Shown here one piece after another: positions 13,162-25,705 of a stretch of 64,000 nucleotides of DNA. The first letter of the stretch is position 1. Every line of letters starts with the position of its first letter. The stretch comes from Felis catus (taxonomy: Eukaryota). The notes under the pieces are model-generated. The model saw nothing but the letters and a program-made list of their open reading frames with translations, searched no databases and was not told the DNA's origin. Position numbers and translations under genes: made by a program. The stretch covers positions 123,878,001-123,942,000 of the forward strand of contig NC_058368.1 in NCBI RefSeq assembly GCF_018350175.1, read 5' to 3'.

Positions 13162-13600
13162 CTAGTAACAGAAGAAACACAGAGAAATGTTAGAACCAGT
13201 AAATGTGCAAAACAGGATATTTTCTATACATCAGATTACCTGACTCTAGACACATTTCTAAGTATCATGAACAAACACGTATTTCTGATTTATTAACATA
13301 AAAAATACTTTCCAAATATAGTAGATCTAAAGGAAAAGAGTTTCAAGAATATAATAAACCGTTCATGTGAAATGAGAATGAATTCTTAAAAATACACAAC
13401 TGCCAAAATATTTTTCTCTTTATTTTCATTAGAAATAAAGAAGAGTCAGCAAAGACTGAGATTAAAGAATTCTAGATAGAGGAGATTTGGACCTTAGGTT
13501 AGGGGAATTTCAAGAGTCAAGTGGCCACTGAACTCCTCTGTGAGAGTGGTTTTACCAAAGAGGTGGGTAGGGAACTCAAATTATAAAGAATTGAAAGCCA

Positions 13601-13789
13601 AAAAATTAAAAACAGAACTACCCTATGACCCAGCAATTGCACTATTAGGTATTTATCCAAAGGATACAAAACTGCTGATTTGAGGGGTATGTGCACCCCA
13701 ACGTTTATAGCAGTGCTATCAACAATAGCCAAATTACGAAAAGGGCCCAAATGTCCAGTGACTGATGAATGGATTAAAGAAGAGGCAGT

Positions 13790-13841
<52 letters not shown>

Positions 13842-14248
13842 GAATACTACTCTGTGATAAAAAAAAGAATGAAATCTTGCCATTTGCAACAATGTGGATG
13901 GGACTAGAGAGTATGCTAAGCGAAATAAGTCAATCATAGACAGATGTCGTATGATTTTACTCCTATGTGAAATTTGAGAAACACAATAGATAATCATGGG
14001 GAAGGGAAGGAAAAATAAGATAAAAATAGAGAGGGAGGCAAACCATAAAAGACTCTTAAATACAGAGAACAAACTGAGGGTTGCTGGAGAGGAGGTGGAT
14101 GGGAGGATGGGGTGAATGGGTGATGGACATTAAGAAGGGCACTTGTTGGGATGAGCATTGGTTGTCATATGTAAGAGATCAATCACTGGGTTCTACTTCT
14201 GAAGTCAAGACTATACTGTATGTTAACTACCTTGAATTAAAAAAAAAA
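13601..14248 (+). mobile_element. 5'-truncated carnivore L1 3' end with an internal (CA)n
   Basis: ORF2 C-terminus (CTPTFIAVLSTIAKL), 3'UTR and A-tail; degenerate TSD aaagaattga(a/g)ag(c/t)ca. Confidence 0.9.
13792..13839. repeat. (CA)n microsatellite within an L1
   Basis: Seen directly. Confidence 0.95.
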
Positions 14249-15075
14249 AAAGAATTGAGAGTCAATAGAAGATAAACAATGGAAAAATAAATATAGACCA
14301 TTCTTTTAAATGCTTACTAAAGCATTTAAAAAGCAGAAGAAAAAAAAGGTGAGCTAACACAGCCTAAGGAAAGGCAAAGCAAGAATTCTTAAAGATGGAG
14401 TATGTAAGCAAGAGGGAAGGAGCTAAGAGAGTTTGAAAGCACACAGACGACTGAACAGATAATATATTTCCTATACACATAGCTCCCACCTTGCCCCCTC
14501 ATACATATTTTCTGAATTCTACCTCCCTATGGAGGAAAGATATTACAGTACTCTGGTATAACTATGCCCATCTCCCTGAGAATAGCTCTTGAGAATATGC
14601 AGTCTTATATATAGTAGTACAGTAGTTAAAGACATAGGAGCTGTCTGGCATAAATCAACAATCTTTTATATTCAGCACCTAGTAAGTAAATTTACAACTT
14701 TGTGCTAGGTTTAGTGTTCAAGAAAAAAAATGCAGTCCACAACTTTAAGAAGCTTAAATTCCAGCTGGAAGATACATGAAGCAATCAGATAAGGCTATCA
14801 GAGATAAAAAAATATTAAGTGTGGGATACTATATGGAAGGAATGACAAAAAATTAACGGGGACTAGAATAATTGGGGAAGATGTCAAGGAGGTGATGGAA
14901 CACTGGGCCTCAGTAGTAAGACAAGATATGGACTGGTGCAAAAAGAAAGTGTCGAATCATTCTCTATTTATGCATATGATTGGTGGTATCTTGTAGGAAA
15001 AGAATGTCTCAAATGTTATGCCTGGTGTGGCTTTGGAAACAACTACTTCCGAGAGATAAAAAGGCATATATGGAG

Positions 15076-15183
15076 GGGCACCTGGGTGGCTCAGTCTGTT
15101 AAGCATCCAACTCTTAATCTGAGGGTCATGAGTTCAAGCCCTGCATTTGGCTCTACACTGAGTATTAAGCCTACTTAAGAATG
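15076..15183 (+). mobile_element. Short CAN-SINE lacking the (CT)n tract
   Basis: TSD aaaaggcatatatgga. Confidence 0.85.
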
Positions 15184-15381
15184 AAAAGGCATATATGGAA
15201 ATGGGTTTGTTGCCTTCTCTTTTATCCTCATTCCTCCTGGGAATAAAAAAGAAAAAGGGGAAGGGCCATGCCTACATCAGTCAGGAGATAAACCATGACA
15301 GCAAAGGTCAGAAAAAGTGAAAATCAAAAGTTATAGGGGGCAGGATTACAAGCTAGAGAAGTTAAGAAGTTGCAAATTCTT

Positions 15382-15586
15382 GGGGTCCCTGGGTGACTCA
15401 GTTAAGCATCTGACTTCAGGTCAAGTCATGCTAACAGCTCAGAGCCTGGAGCCTGGAGCCTGGAGCCTGCAGCTTGCAGCCTGCATGGGATTCTGCGTCT
15501 CCCCTCTCTGCCCCTCCCCTACTCACGCTATATGTCTCTCTCTCTCCCTCAAAAATAAATAAACATTAAAAAAAAGAAAAAAAAAA
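15382..15586 (+). mobile_element. CAN-SINE with an internal deletion and gagcctg expansion
   Basis: Degenerate TSD aagaag..caaattctt / aagaag..ccaattctt. Confidence 0.85.
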
Positions 15587-15656
15587 AGAAGCTCCCAATT
15601 CTTAGGAATTACAGAAAAAATGGAGAATTGGATCCCACACTCTGATAGTAATCTAG

Positions 15657-15830
15657 GGCAGTGCTTTTTGAACTTGAATTTTCCTGTGATTGACACAGGG
15701 ATATTGTTAAGCACAGATTATGATTCAGTAAATCTGGAGTAAAGAATAGGATTCTGTATTTTTAGTAAGTTCTCAGTGATGCCAATACTGCTGGCTTGTG
15801 CAGGCCCTGCTTTTATTAACAAGGATCTAG
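15657..15830. mobile_element. MER5-type hAT element
   Basis: gattcagtaaatctggag...ttctgtatttttagtaagttctcagtgatgccaatactgctgg. Confidence 0.65.
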
Positions 15831-16622
15831 GAGATGTTGGCAGCCAAATAATTTTCTTCTCTTCCTGATTTTAGAATAAAAATATTAAGGTAAATGAGGA
15901 AATTTTCAGAAATAAAATGTTTAATTCTATAAAATCCTGACACTTACGGCTTCACATTGTTTTGCCCTTAAAAATCTTTTAAGAAAAATAATTTTGGAAT
16001 TCTCAGAAAATGAGCACAGATGTATACATATATTCATTAAAAATGGTCATATCACACTGTTAACTTTTGATCCCTGTTGAGCACTGTTTATATACTTTGA
16101 TTTAGAGTTATTTCACTGTCAGTTAACAAAAGGTATTCAATTTGGTGTACAATGCTGACTTAATTTCCAGGCAAGCAATGTTCATTCAGGCCTAGACTGG
16201 CCCAGTCAGTATCTCTGAACTTTGCTTCCACAAGCAGAGCCCCTAGGAGGTCTGAATTAGACCCAGAGATACTAGATTACTTCTACTCCACAGAGGGCTG
16301 AGATAATTCTGTTATAGAACTAAGACTTTACTGTAACTACTGATATAAATGCCTGGGGGAGGAAAAAGTGAAAAAATTGGGGGAAAAAATGACACCACTC
16401 AGAATATTTGGGATGTCCTTATTTTGGCTATACAAAAGGAGATCGTAATACCTCAGAAGGCTTTAGTGAGATATCTATGTTCAAGCGATATCCTAATCAT
16501 TGCCCTTTAGTAAATATCTAAAATTTCCATTTTTCTTTAAGCTTTAAGTTTCCGAATATCTCATATATGATAATTCTCATAAGCAAACAAATTACTTCCA
16601 ATATGTTTCTGATCCTAAAATA

Positions 16623-16795
16623 ACAAGAGTCAATAACTATAGTCCATGGGTCAAATCTGGCCTTCAAACCAATTTTTTACAGCCCCTTTGCTAGGGATGG
16701 TTTTTATATTTATAATGGTCATAAAATAAAAGTGAAGAATATGTAACTGTATGTGGCCCACAAAGCCTAAAATGTTTAAAATCTGCTCTTTGACC
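16623..16795. mobile_element. MER58-type hAT element
   Basis: aactatagtccatgggtcaaatctggcc...tgtggcccacaaagcctaaaat. Confidence 0.7.
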
Positions 16796-17281
16796 TATGT
16801 ATTTTATCTACAAAAGGACAGTGCTAAATAGTAAAAATATTATACATTTGCATGTATTTCAGTTTCCCATTCCTGCAGAAAATTTCTAAAAACATCTTTC
16901 CCTCGTAGCTTCAAACTTAAAAACTGAACAGACTAACCACACTTGTTATTATTTATGTTTTTAATCAATAACCTCAAGTATTTCAGAAGTAGTTTGTCCT
17001 CCAAAAAGCTCTTAGGACTGGGGACTAGCAGAATTTAATCCAACAAATCTCTTAGGCTATTATCAACACAGAGAGGTTGTTCCAAATCTCTAAGTTACGC
17101 TAGATAAGAATGAACTAGCCTGAGATGTAAGACATGTGTTAATTACTATCTTGACTTTCCATGAGGCCATCCTTGGAATATGGCCAGTAAAAAGTTCAAT
17201 CACTGGGAGTCCCCCTGGTTTATGCTGTTCACTGTTCATTTCAATGTAACCTTAGACAATTAGCCATGTTTTTCCCCTTAC

Positions 17282-17414
17282 CAGTGCCTTGTCTGCAGGA
17301 GCGGTGAGCCGGCTGTAGTAATGAATCCTCTTGTTCATGGCAGAGGCATGGTCACTAACCCTCTGAATGACATCATTCACATTGACGATGTTTGTGGGCT
17401 CTATATAGAAAGGC
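17282..17414 (-). CDS. SLC38A9: SLC38A9 coding exon 2 ([45 protein letters not shown]), part of the Rag/Ragulator-binding N-terminal tail
   Basis: ctctag| acceptor, |gtaagg donor, 133 nt. Running total 246 nt = 82 codons. Overlaps ORF-track 17252..17536. Confidence 0.97.
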
Positions 17415-20400
17415 CTAGAGAAGGGAATATACATTTGACAAAGAACATTCAGCCAGAAATTCTGGAAGTCAGCCATTGAAGAAAATAACTTCTTGTCCCC
17501 CATTAGAAATGAGACGCACCACCACAAGACATTCACTTCTCACTTTTGGTGGGAAAAGAAAATTTTACAAAAGAAGCATTATCCAATCCACAGAATAAAG
17601 CTTTTGTCTCCTAATACTATCATAAACACTCTTTTCTACTCTTTAGGAATTTAGCAATAGAGGAGACATAACAGAAAGAGCTTCAATCAGTTATTAAAAA
17701 TAAATATAGCGGCTGACAGTTTTCAACAATGAAATTTAGATCCACACAACTTTGAATATTCTCTCAAAAGGCTTTTGGCACTAAATCAGAGAAATTACTG
17801 ACATAAATGTTCTTCTACTCAACAGTCTCTATTCCTTCTTTACGGGCCAATGTTACTTCCTATGACAAATAAAATACAGATAAGTGATCTCAACCATCTC
17901 CCTTGTGAAACTTATCCAAAGTACTGTCAAATGGAACATCAAGACACCAGAGATATTTTGCCTCATTCTACTTTTATTGGATTTCCGTAACAAATCCTAT
18001 TATGTTATTATTTATGTGTATACTCCCTTCCCATAACTGTGTCCCAATTAACTGTAGATTCTGGTTTTCAATCATCATTTTCAGTCATTAACCCTGCCAG
18101 TTCCTAACAAAACTCCTTCCATTTGCTTTCTAAGCTTCCAGTAATGGACTCCAAAACAGAAAGACCAGGCAGAGTAGCATGAAAAGGACTGCTTTCCTCC
18201 ACTGACTCTCAGATCCCTCAAAGTCACAAATGATACTGTGCCCCAAACTGCATGTACTATGCTATTTCAGATTACATACAGATCCAAGTAATGAAAGAAA
18301 AAAAACTAGATTTCTCTGGTTCCATATAACTCTTCTATATGTATAGTTCTGAAAGAAGCTTAAAATTTATGCTAGTCATTTGTGGAGACAGTTAATCTGG
18401 TCCTGTAGAATCACCTGAAAAACCAAGTGACTAAAATTTTAGTTTCTGCTATTTTTTCCAACTACTAGCTATAAGCGAAATCGTAGTATAGATGTTAAAT
18501 TTAATCTTGTCTCTCTAGTTAGTATACAGAATCTCTGAATCTTCCTTTTGCTATTTACTCTCCACCACAGCACCTAAGTAGGACAGGTACTCTCCAATTC
18601 AATACACCAAATATCTTAAAGAAGAGCACTTACTAGAGCAAATAATATGGATATAGAGATCAACGTGACATTATATCTACACTAAGCCTATCATTACTAA
18701 GTGAACTAAGGGATGTCAATAAATATGAAGGGGATATAAAGAAAATGAAACAGTCAGAGGCTGAATAAACTATCCCTACTTGGTAGTCTGAGGTAACTAC
18801 CAATCCTCCCAAAGCACTATTGTATTTTATATAATTTGCATATCTACTGCATCAGTAGTACTAAAAAGCAATGTAAAATATTTATGTCCAGGAAACAGTT
18901 TAATCATACCTGGGGTCACAATCTACAGAGCATTCATTTCTTGTTTTGTAAGAATGATATCCTGCAAAGTTCAAGAAAGAACTATAGCTTAAAGTCAACA
19001 TAAAGGAGAGAATGCAACTAATCAAGGATTACTAAAAGAGACTAACAAGAATGGTAGTGATAGAAAAGTATAAATATTCTACTTGTAGCTTCTTACTCTG
19101 AAAATTCAGCGGTATTAATATCAACCACTAAATTGGCTTGAAGGCCTTGCTGAAAAGCAATCCAGGAAGTGCTACATTTTTTGGCTTCTGGCATCTAACA
19201 AAAGTGTTAACTGTACCAGTTTAGTTGGCTTGGGTACTCTGAGAGCAGAATGACTCTGAAAGTTTTTCTTTTCCGACAGTTTTCATCGAGATGCTGAGTG
19301 CCTGTTCAAACAAATATTTTGGAATCTTTTCAAAACAGATTCTCTTTAAAAATATCCAACTCAGCATATCTTAACTAAATTATTAGAAACATATGTTAAA
19401 GCTTCATCTGAGAGCAAAAAATATAAATTACATTTCTAAATTGAACTTTAGTTGGATCTGAAAACATTTTTAAAATTAGTATTATACACAGAACAGTATT
19501 AAGAATTAAATACTTTTGAAATTTGGGTTTTTTCTTTTGAACACGGTTTCACATGATTGCTCCCTATCAGTATTACTTCCCATTTGAAGTGTAGCTCAAT
19601 TGTATCACAGCGAAAATAAATTATGATATTTCATGTAGAAGTTATATCTGTTTTACCTTATAAGTATTTATGGTTATGCTACAGAAAAAAGGTACCTTAA
19701 ACATTCAGCAAAATTTTTAAAATATTTAGAAATGTGACTCAAAATCCCATATATTCATTTAACAAACTTATAAACAGAGAAATGTTATTTCTACCTAACA
19801 CCTTTTCTAGGTTCAACTCCTTACATTCCTTAAAAACTTTTGGCTTTTAAATCTGTCTCCACCCTTCTACTGACCAGTTATACTCCTCTGAAAGTTAATA
19901 ACAATTCCTTGACTTTTAAGGTTCATACTCAATGTGAAGACCTATGATTTAAAGCTGTTTGTTCCTTTATTCACATCTCCATGAAAGCTGAAGCCCTCCA
20001 ACACCTGCCAAATTGGGGTAGTTTGTTAAAAAATGAAAAGGGAATCAAGTATTTAAAAATCTCAAGCAAATAAACATTCAAAATAATGAACCCACAGTAC
20101 TTGTTTCTTCCTCCTTGGTAAAATGCTATGTCTGACAGGCAGATTTTCAATGAAGACAGAAAAGAAGTTAATCAAGCCACTGTACCTAGAAATTTCTTGC
20201 TGCTACAACAAAAATATTGGTAACCACCAACTTGCTGATGTGTTTCTCGCTTTCCCTGGTGCTTATACAACATCCTTTTTTACAAAAATCCTGCTCTACA
20301 TTCCAGTTTCACTCAATATTACCAAAGGCTGAGCCTAAGGATCTTCTCTACTAGGGTTAATTATTTTGTACTGGTTCTCAAAATTTATTAAATATTATTT

Positions 20401-20899
20401 AAGTGCCAACCAAGCATAGTTAAGCATAGTTCTAAACATTTAATAATAATTAAGACATAGAAACTGAAGGATCATAATCTGCTGGAGGAGACAGGTAAGT
20501 AAGCAATCCCAGTCCAGGGGGAAAAAATAGAAAAAGAGACTGAGTGCTTATGAAAAACAGTGGGAGCAAGAAAGAGTGGACAGACTTGTGTGGTGTTGGG
20601 TACGTGCAGTGTACTGTGTGATCAAACAGAAGGAGAAGCTAACCCATGTCTGGCAGACCACTAAAGAAGTAACACCTGAGGTGAATCCTAAAAGATACAG
20701 AGGTAGACAGATAGGGGAAAAAGTAGGAAAGAAATAGTGTTTCCAAAAAATATGTAAGAACACGTAGAAAGAACAAGGAGAGAGAGCATGATGTGTTTTT
20801 GAAAACTGTAAGTAGTGGGAAAAGTGGTAATATATAAGGCAAACATGGGTCAGGACACAGAAGACCTCACATGCCAATGAAGGATATGATCCAAAAGGG

Positions 20900-21151
20900 A
20901 AGAACCCCCAGTCTCAGACTCTTCTGCTGATTCCTTCTCTAATTCCAACCCTCAAATATCAGAGTAACCCAGAGTTTAATCCAGTGGCATTTTTCTTCTC
21001 TATCTAGAGTCATGGCCTTGGTGGTCTCATCTAGTCACATAAATTTAAATATCATGCATATGCTGATGGCACTCAAACTATCTCCAGTCTGAATTTTTTT
21101 TTTTTTTTTTGAGAGAGAGAGGAAGCATGAGTGGAGCAGAGAGTCAGAGAG

Positions 21152-21212
<61 letters not shown>

Positions 21213-21760
21213 CTTAAGCAGAATCAAGCAGGGCTTGATCCCATTACTCTGGGATCATGAACTGAGCCAAAATTAAGAGTCAGACACTCAACTGACTTAG
21301 CCAAACTCTCCCACCCATTGCATCTCTTAGACTTCAATGCTTACCATACTAATCACACCAGCTTCTTCACAGTTCATGAAACACTATAAACAAACACCTG
21401 CTCCAGGATCTTTGTTAGTAATTTCAGGTAAAAACAAAGCCTCTGAAGGCCTTTCCCTAAATACCTTCATGGCTTCTTCTTTCAGGTCTTTCCTCACTTG
21501 TGGAATAAGGTATTTAGCTACCCTTGAGAGCATAGCTAAAATTTCAACCCAGTTCTTTACCCTTGTCATTTCATAGATCTTCTCTGCTTTACAAGATCTC
21601 CTTAGCATTTATACTCTCCAACACAATATATATTTATTTATTATTGGTAAATATATTTTATTGCCTCCAGTAAATTAAGATCCACAAGAAGAGGGACTTT
21701 TGTCAATTTGGTCACTCTTATATTCTCAGGGCATAGAATAGTACATGGCGTATTGTAAAA
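20900..21760 (+). mobile_element. L2 LINE fragment interrupted by a SINE
   Basis: Degenerate RT motif (tatgctgatggc, YADx) and L2 3' end (taagatccacaagaagagggactttt...gggcatagaatagt). Confidence 0.7.
21094..21305 (-). mobile_element. CAN-SINE with a long (GA)n
   Basis: PolyT, (GA)n and reverse head. Confidence 0.85.
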
Positions 21761-21770
21761 GCTCATTAGA

Positions 21771-21954
21771 GGGCACCTGGGTGGCTCTCATGATCTCACA
21801 GCTTGTGGGTTTGAGCCCCACGTTGGGCTCTGTGCTGACAGCTCAGACCCTAGAGCCTGCTTCGGATTCTGTGTCTTCCTCTCTCTCTCTGCCCCTCCTC
21901 CACTCACACTCTGTCTCTCTGTCTCAAAAAATAAACAAACATTAAAAAAAAATT
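21771..21954 (+). mobile_element. CAN-SINE
   Basis: TSD aaaagctcattaga. Confidence 0.9.
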
Positions 21955-22021
21955 AAAAGCTCATTAGAATACGATGAGTAAAGTATGGTGTAACACTTTA
22001 CAAAAAAGTTTATTTTGAAAT

Positions 22022-22120
22022 AATTTTTTCAGGTAAACTCTATCCCCAACGTGGGGCTCAAACTCATGATTCCAACATCAAGAGTCACACACTTACCAAG
22101 TGAGCCAGCCAAATGCCCCA
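22022..22120 (-). mobile_element. Short CAN-SINE
   Basis: TSD ttattttgaaataa. Confidence 0.8.
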
Positions 22121-22829
22121 TTATTTTGAAATAAATTAGAGTCATATAGAAGTTAGAAATATAGTACAGAGGTATTCCCATTAACACTCCACTCAGGTTC
22201 TACAATGACATCTTATATAACCATACTACAACCATTGAAACTTGTATTACCTTTATAATCAGAAAAAAAGTGAATGAAAAATTATGGGGATAATGCTTTC
22301 AACTTTTCTGCACATTTAAAGTATTTAAAATAAAACTTGGGGGGAGAAATGATGGAGGGAGTAATCAAAGTATCAAATACTGTACAAAATGAGAAGCAAC
22401 CTGTACAAAAATCAACTTAGGGTGTTAATCTGGTTAATTTGAGTTATCCTCAAACCAATTAAAAATTTTTCAAGACAGAATGATTGTGTCAAGTGCTACT
22501 GCAAAGACAAATGAGATGGGAACTGATCAATGAAATGACCACCAGTGACTTTGATATGAGTAGTCTCAGTGGAGTAGTAAGGGCAAAAGCCTGTCTAAAT
22601 TGGGATCAAGAGAAAAACTGGATACGATGAGTATAAATAATCCTTGCAAAGAGTCTTCTGTAAAAAGGAACAAAAGAAATGGAGTGGTAGCTAAAGAGGT
22701 AAGTGTAAATAGTCTACAAAGTATAAAAAAAGCATAACAAACACAATCACCTGTAATCCCATGAATGGCTTCATTCTCTTGTAAGAAAACATGAGATTCC
22801 ATTGTTATAATTTTAAAATTATAAATTGC

Positions 22830-23520
22830 TATAATTTTAAAATCTGACAATACCAAGCACTAGTAGGAGATAATGTAATGGAAACTGTTATACAATATAG
22901 TGGAAATGTAAACTGATAGAATTCCTGTAGAAAAGAGTTTGGCATTATCCAGTTAAGTTGAATATACACATACACCACTACCAGGCAAGTGCACTCCCAG
23001 GAATTTATCCTAGAGAAGTTCTTGCACATGTATGCTAAATACACATAGACTAATGTTTATAGGAATGTTATTTGTAAGATCTCCACACTGGAGACAACTC
23101 AAATGTCCAACAACAGTAGAATGTGTACATAAACTGCAGATACTCATAGAATGAAATGCCAGAAAGCACTGGAAAGAACTATTGTTACACACAACTTGGG
23201 TGAAAATTATAAACAAAAATTCCAAAATAATACATACAGTATGATCTCATTTACATGAAGTCTACAAAAATGTAAAACTGATTTCAGTATTTTAGGGATA
23301 CAGAGACAATAAATAATGAAAAGTAGGGAAATGGTCACACAAATGGGAGAAGAGTGTTTACCTATAGAGGAAGGAAGAGTGTTTGGTGAAAGACATATGA
23401 GGAACATATGAGGTGCTGTTATATCTAGACCTTCGTGTTGGTTGTACAGGTATTGGCTTTACAATTATCTTTAAAATTGTGCTTAAGAGCTATACAGTCT
23501 TCTGTACACATATGTGATTA
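22830..23520 (+). mobile_element. Ancient L1 (L1ME-like) 3' fragment
   Basis: Recognisable degenerate L1 3'-end motifs (tgacaataccaag; gcactcccaggaatttatcctagagaa; caactcaaatgtccaacaacagtagaatg). Confidence 0.7.
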
Positions 23521-23622
23521 AAGACTTTAAAAACAGGTCTTTAACACATTTTTTCAAAATTTAGTAATGAGATCAAAAGGGACCATAACATCTTCTGTAT
23601 CATACAGAAATTTACTGGTTAT

Positions 23623-23803
23623 AGGAGTGCCTAGGTGGTTCGGTTGGTTAAGCATCTGAGTCTTGATTTGGACTCAGGTCATGATCTCACGGTTCCTGAG
23701 TTTGAGCCCCGCATCAGGCCCTGTGCTGCTAGCACAGAGCCTACTTAGGATTCTCTGTCTACCTCTCAAAAATAAATAATTAAACACACACACACAAAAA
23801 GAT
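23623..23803 (+). mobile_element. CAN-SINE inserted in the Charlie fossil
   Basis: TSD attta(c/t)tggttat. Confidence 0.88.
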
Positions 23804-24815
23804 ATTTATTGGTTATCTTTTGGCAAAATACCTTAAAGAGTGTCAAACTTAAATACAAGTTATCTACTTTTTGCTATAAAAAGTCAACTGTGGAAGAGGG
23901 CAGGAAGATGGCAGCGAAGGACAATGCTGGGCTCACCACGTCCTGCTGATCGCTTAGATTCCACCCACATCTGCCTAATTTACCCCGATAACCACCAGAA
24001 GACTAGCAGAACGGACTCTCTGGAGCCAAGTGTAGACTGAGAGGCCCACGGAAGGGGGTAGGAAGGGCGGAGAGGCGATGCGCGCTACACAGACTGGCGG
24101 GAGGGAGCCAGGACAGTGGAGGGGCAGCTAGCCCACCACGCACAGCAGAGCCCCCAAGTCTGGCTTGCAAAAGCAGAGGGGCTGGACGGAGTGTGTTCTG
24201 ACAACCAGTGGGACTTAACATCTGGAATGTTGTTAAGTCAATAGCTCTGCTCAGAGAGCGGGAGGGAGAGTTGTTGAGCCCGGGAGGATGGAGCTCAGCT
24301 TGGTGGGGAACAAAGGCACTGGGAAGGGCCATCACCCTCACCCATCCCCCAGCCAAAATCCCAAAGGGAGCCAGTTCCTGTCACAGAACTTGCTTGCACC
24401 TTGCAAACACCCAATGCTGTGCTTCTGTGGATCCATCCCTCCAATGGGTCTGCCTCCCTCCCGGTGCCACAGGGCCCCTCCCTAAGCGGACCACCAAAGG
24501 CAAAGTGAGCTGACCCTGCCCCTCCAGCCCATGTGCCCCTTGCAGATCCACCCCGGCTAATACGTGAGATCCCATGGAAGCCGTACCACAAGACTAGTAG
24601 TGTGCAAGTAGCCTGAACAGAGGCCACACCACTCCACAGTGAGTCCTTCCCCTGGGAGAGGGGAAGATAAGGTACACACCAGTCTGACTGTGGCCCCAGC
24701 AGTGGGCTGGGGGCAGACATCAGGACTGACTGCGCCCCACCCACCAACACAAGTTACTCCAGACAGCACAGAGGAAGAGCCCTGCAGTTCCACGCCACAC
24801 CAGGGACTATCCAAA

Positions 24816-25655
24816 ATGACGAAACGGAGGAATTCTCCTCAAAAGAAACTCCAGGAAGTAGCAACAGCTAACGAATTGATCAAAAACGATTTAAGCAATA
24901 TAAGATAAAATGACAGCAGAGAATCTATTTGTACAGAGATCAAGAGACTAAGAAACAGTCAGGAGGAGCTAAAAAATGCTATAAATGAGCTGCAAAATAA
25001 AATGTAGGCAACCACAGCTTGGATTGAAGAGGCAGAGGAGAAAATAGGCGAATTAGAAGATAAAATTATGGAAAAAGAAGAAGCTGAGAAAAAGAGAAAT
25101 AAAAAAATCCAGGAGTATGAGGGGAGTCTTAGAGAACTAAGTGACATAATTAAGCGAAATAATGTATGCATAATTGGGATTCCAGAGGAGGAAGAGAGAG
25201 GGAAAGGTGCTTAAGGTGTACTTGAAGAAATCATAGCTGAGAACTTCCCTGATCTGGGGAAGGAAAAAGGCATTGAAATCCAAGAGGCACAGAGAACTCC
25301 CTTCAGATGCAACCTGAATCGATCTTTTGCACAACATATCATAGTGAAACAGGCAAAATATAAGGATAAAGAGAAAATTGTGAAAACAGCTAGGGATAAA
25401 TATGCTCTAACATTTAAAGGGAGATCATTAAGACTCATGACGGATATGTCTACTGAAATTTGGAAGGCCAGAAAGGAATGGCAGGAAATCTTCAATGTGA
25501 TGAACAGAAAAAATATGCAGCCGAGAATCTTTTATCCAGCAAGTCGGTCATTTAGAATAGAAGGAGAGATAAAGGTCTTCCCAAACAAACAAAAACTGAA
25601 GGAATTCAGCACCACTAAATCAGCCCTACAAGAGTTCCTAGAGGGGATCCTGTGA
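24816..25655 (+). pseudogene. L1 ORF1p remnant (MTKRRNSPQKKLQE...LQEFLEGIL), disrupted
   Basis: ORF-track fragments 24639..24908 and 25344..25655; internal stops and an apparent deletion near 24908. Confidence 0.9.
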
Positions 25656-25705
25656 GACAAAGTACCAGAGACATCACTGCAAGCATGAAACCTACAGACA
25701 TCACA

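Noticed and set aside
16205..16275. Possible structured ncRNA (agtatctctg/cagagatact arms plus a ggtct/agacc stem)
   Set aside because: Short stems, no snoRNA boxes or pre-miRNA-length duplex seen; compatible with chance.
24003..24814. Overlapping ORFs on both strands
   Set aside because: They lie in the GC-rich L1 5'UTR; nothing here supports translation.
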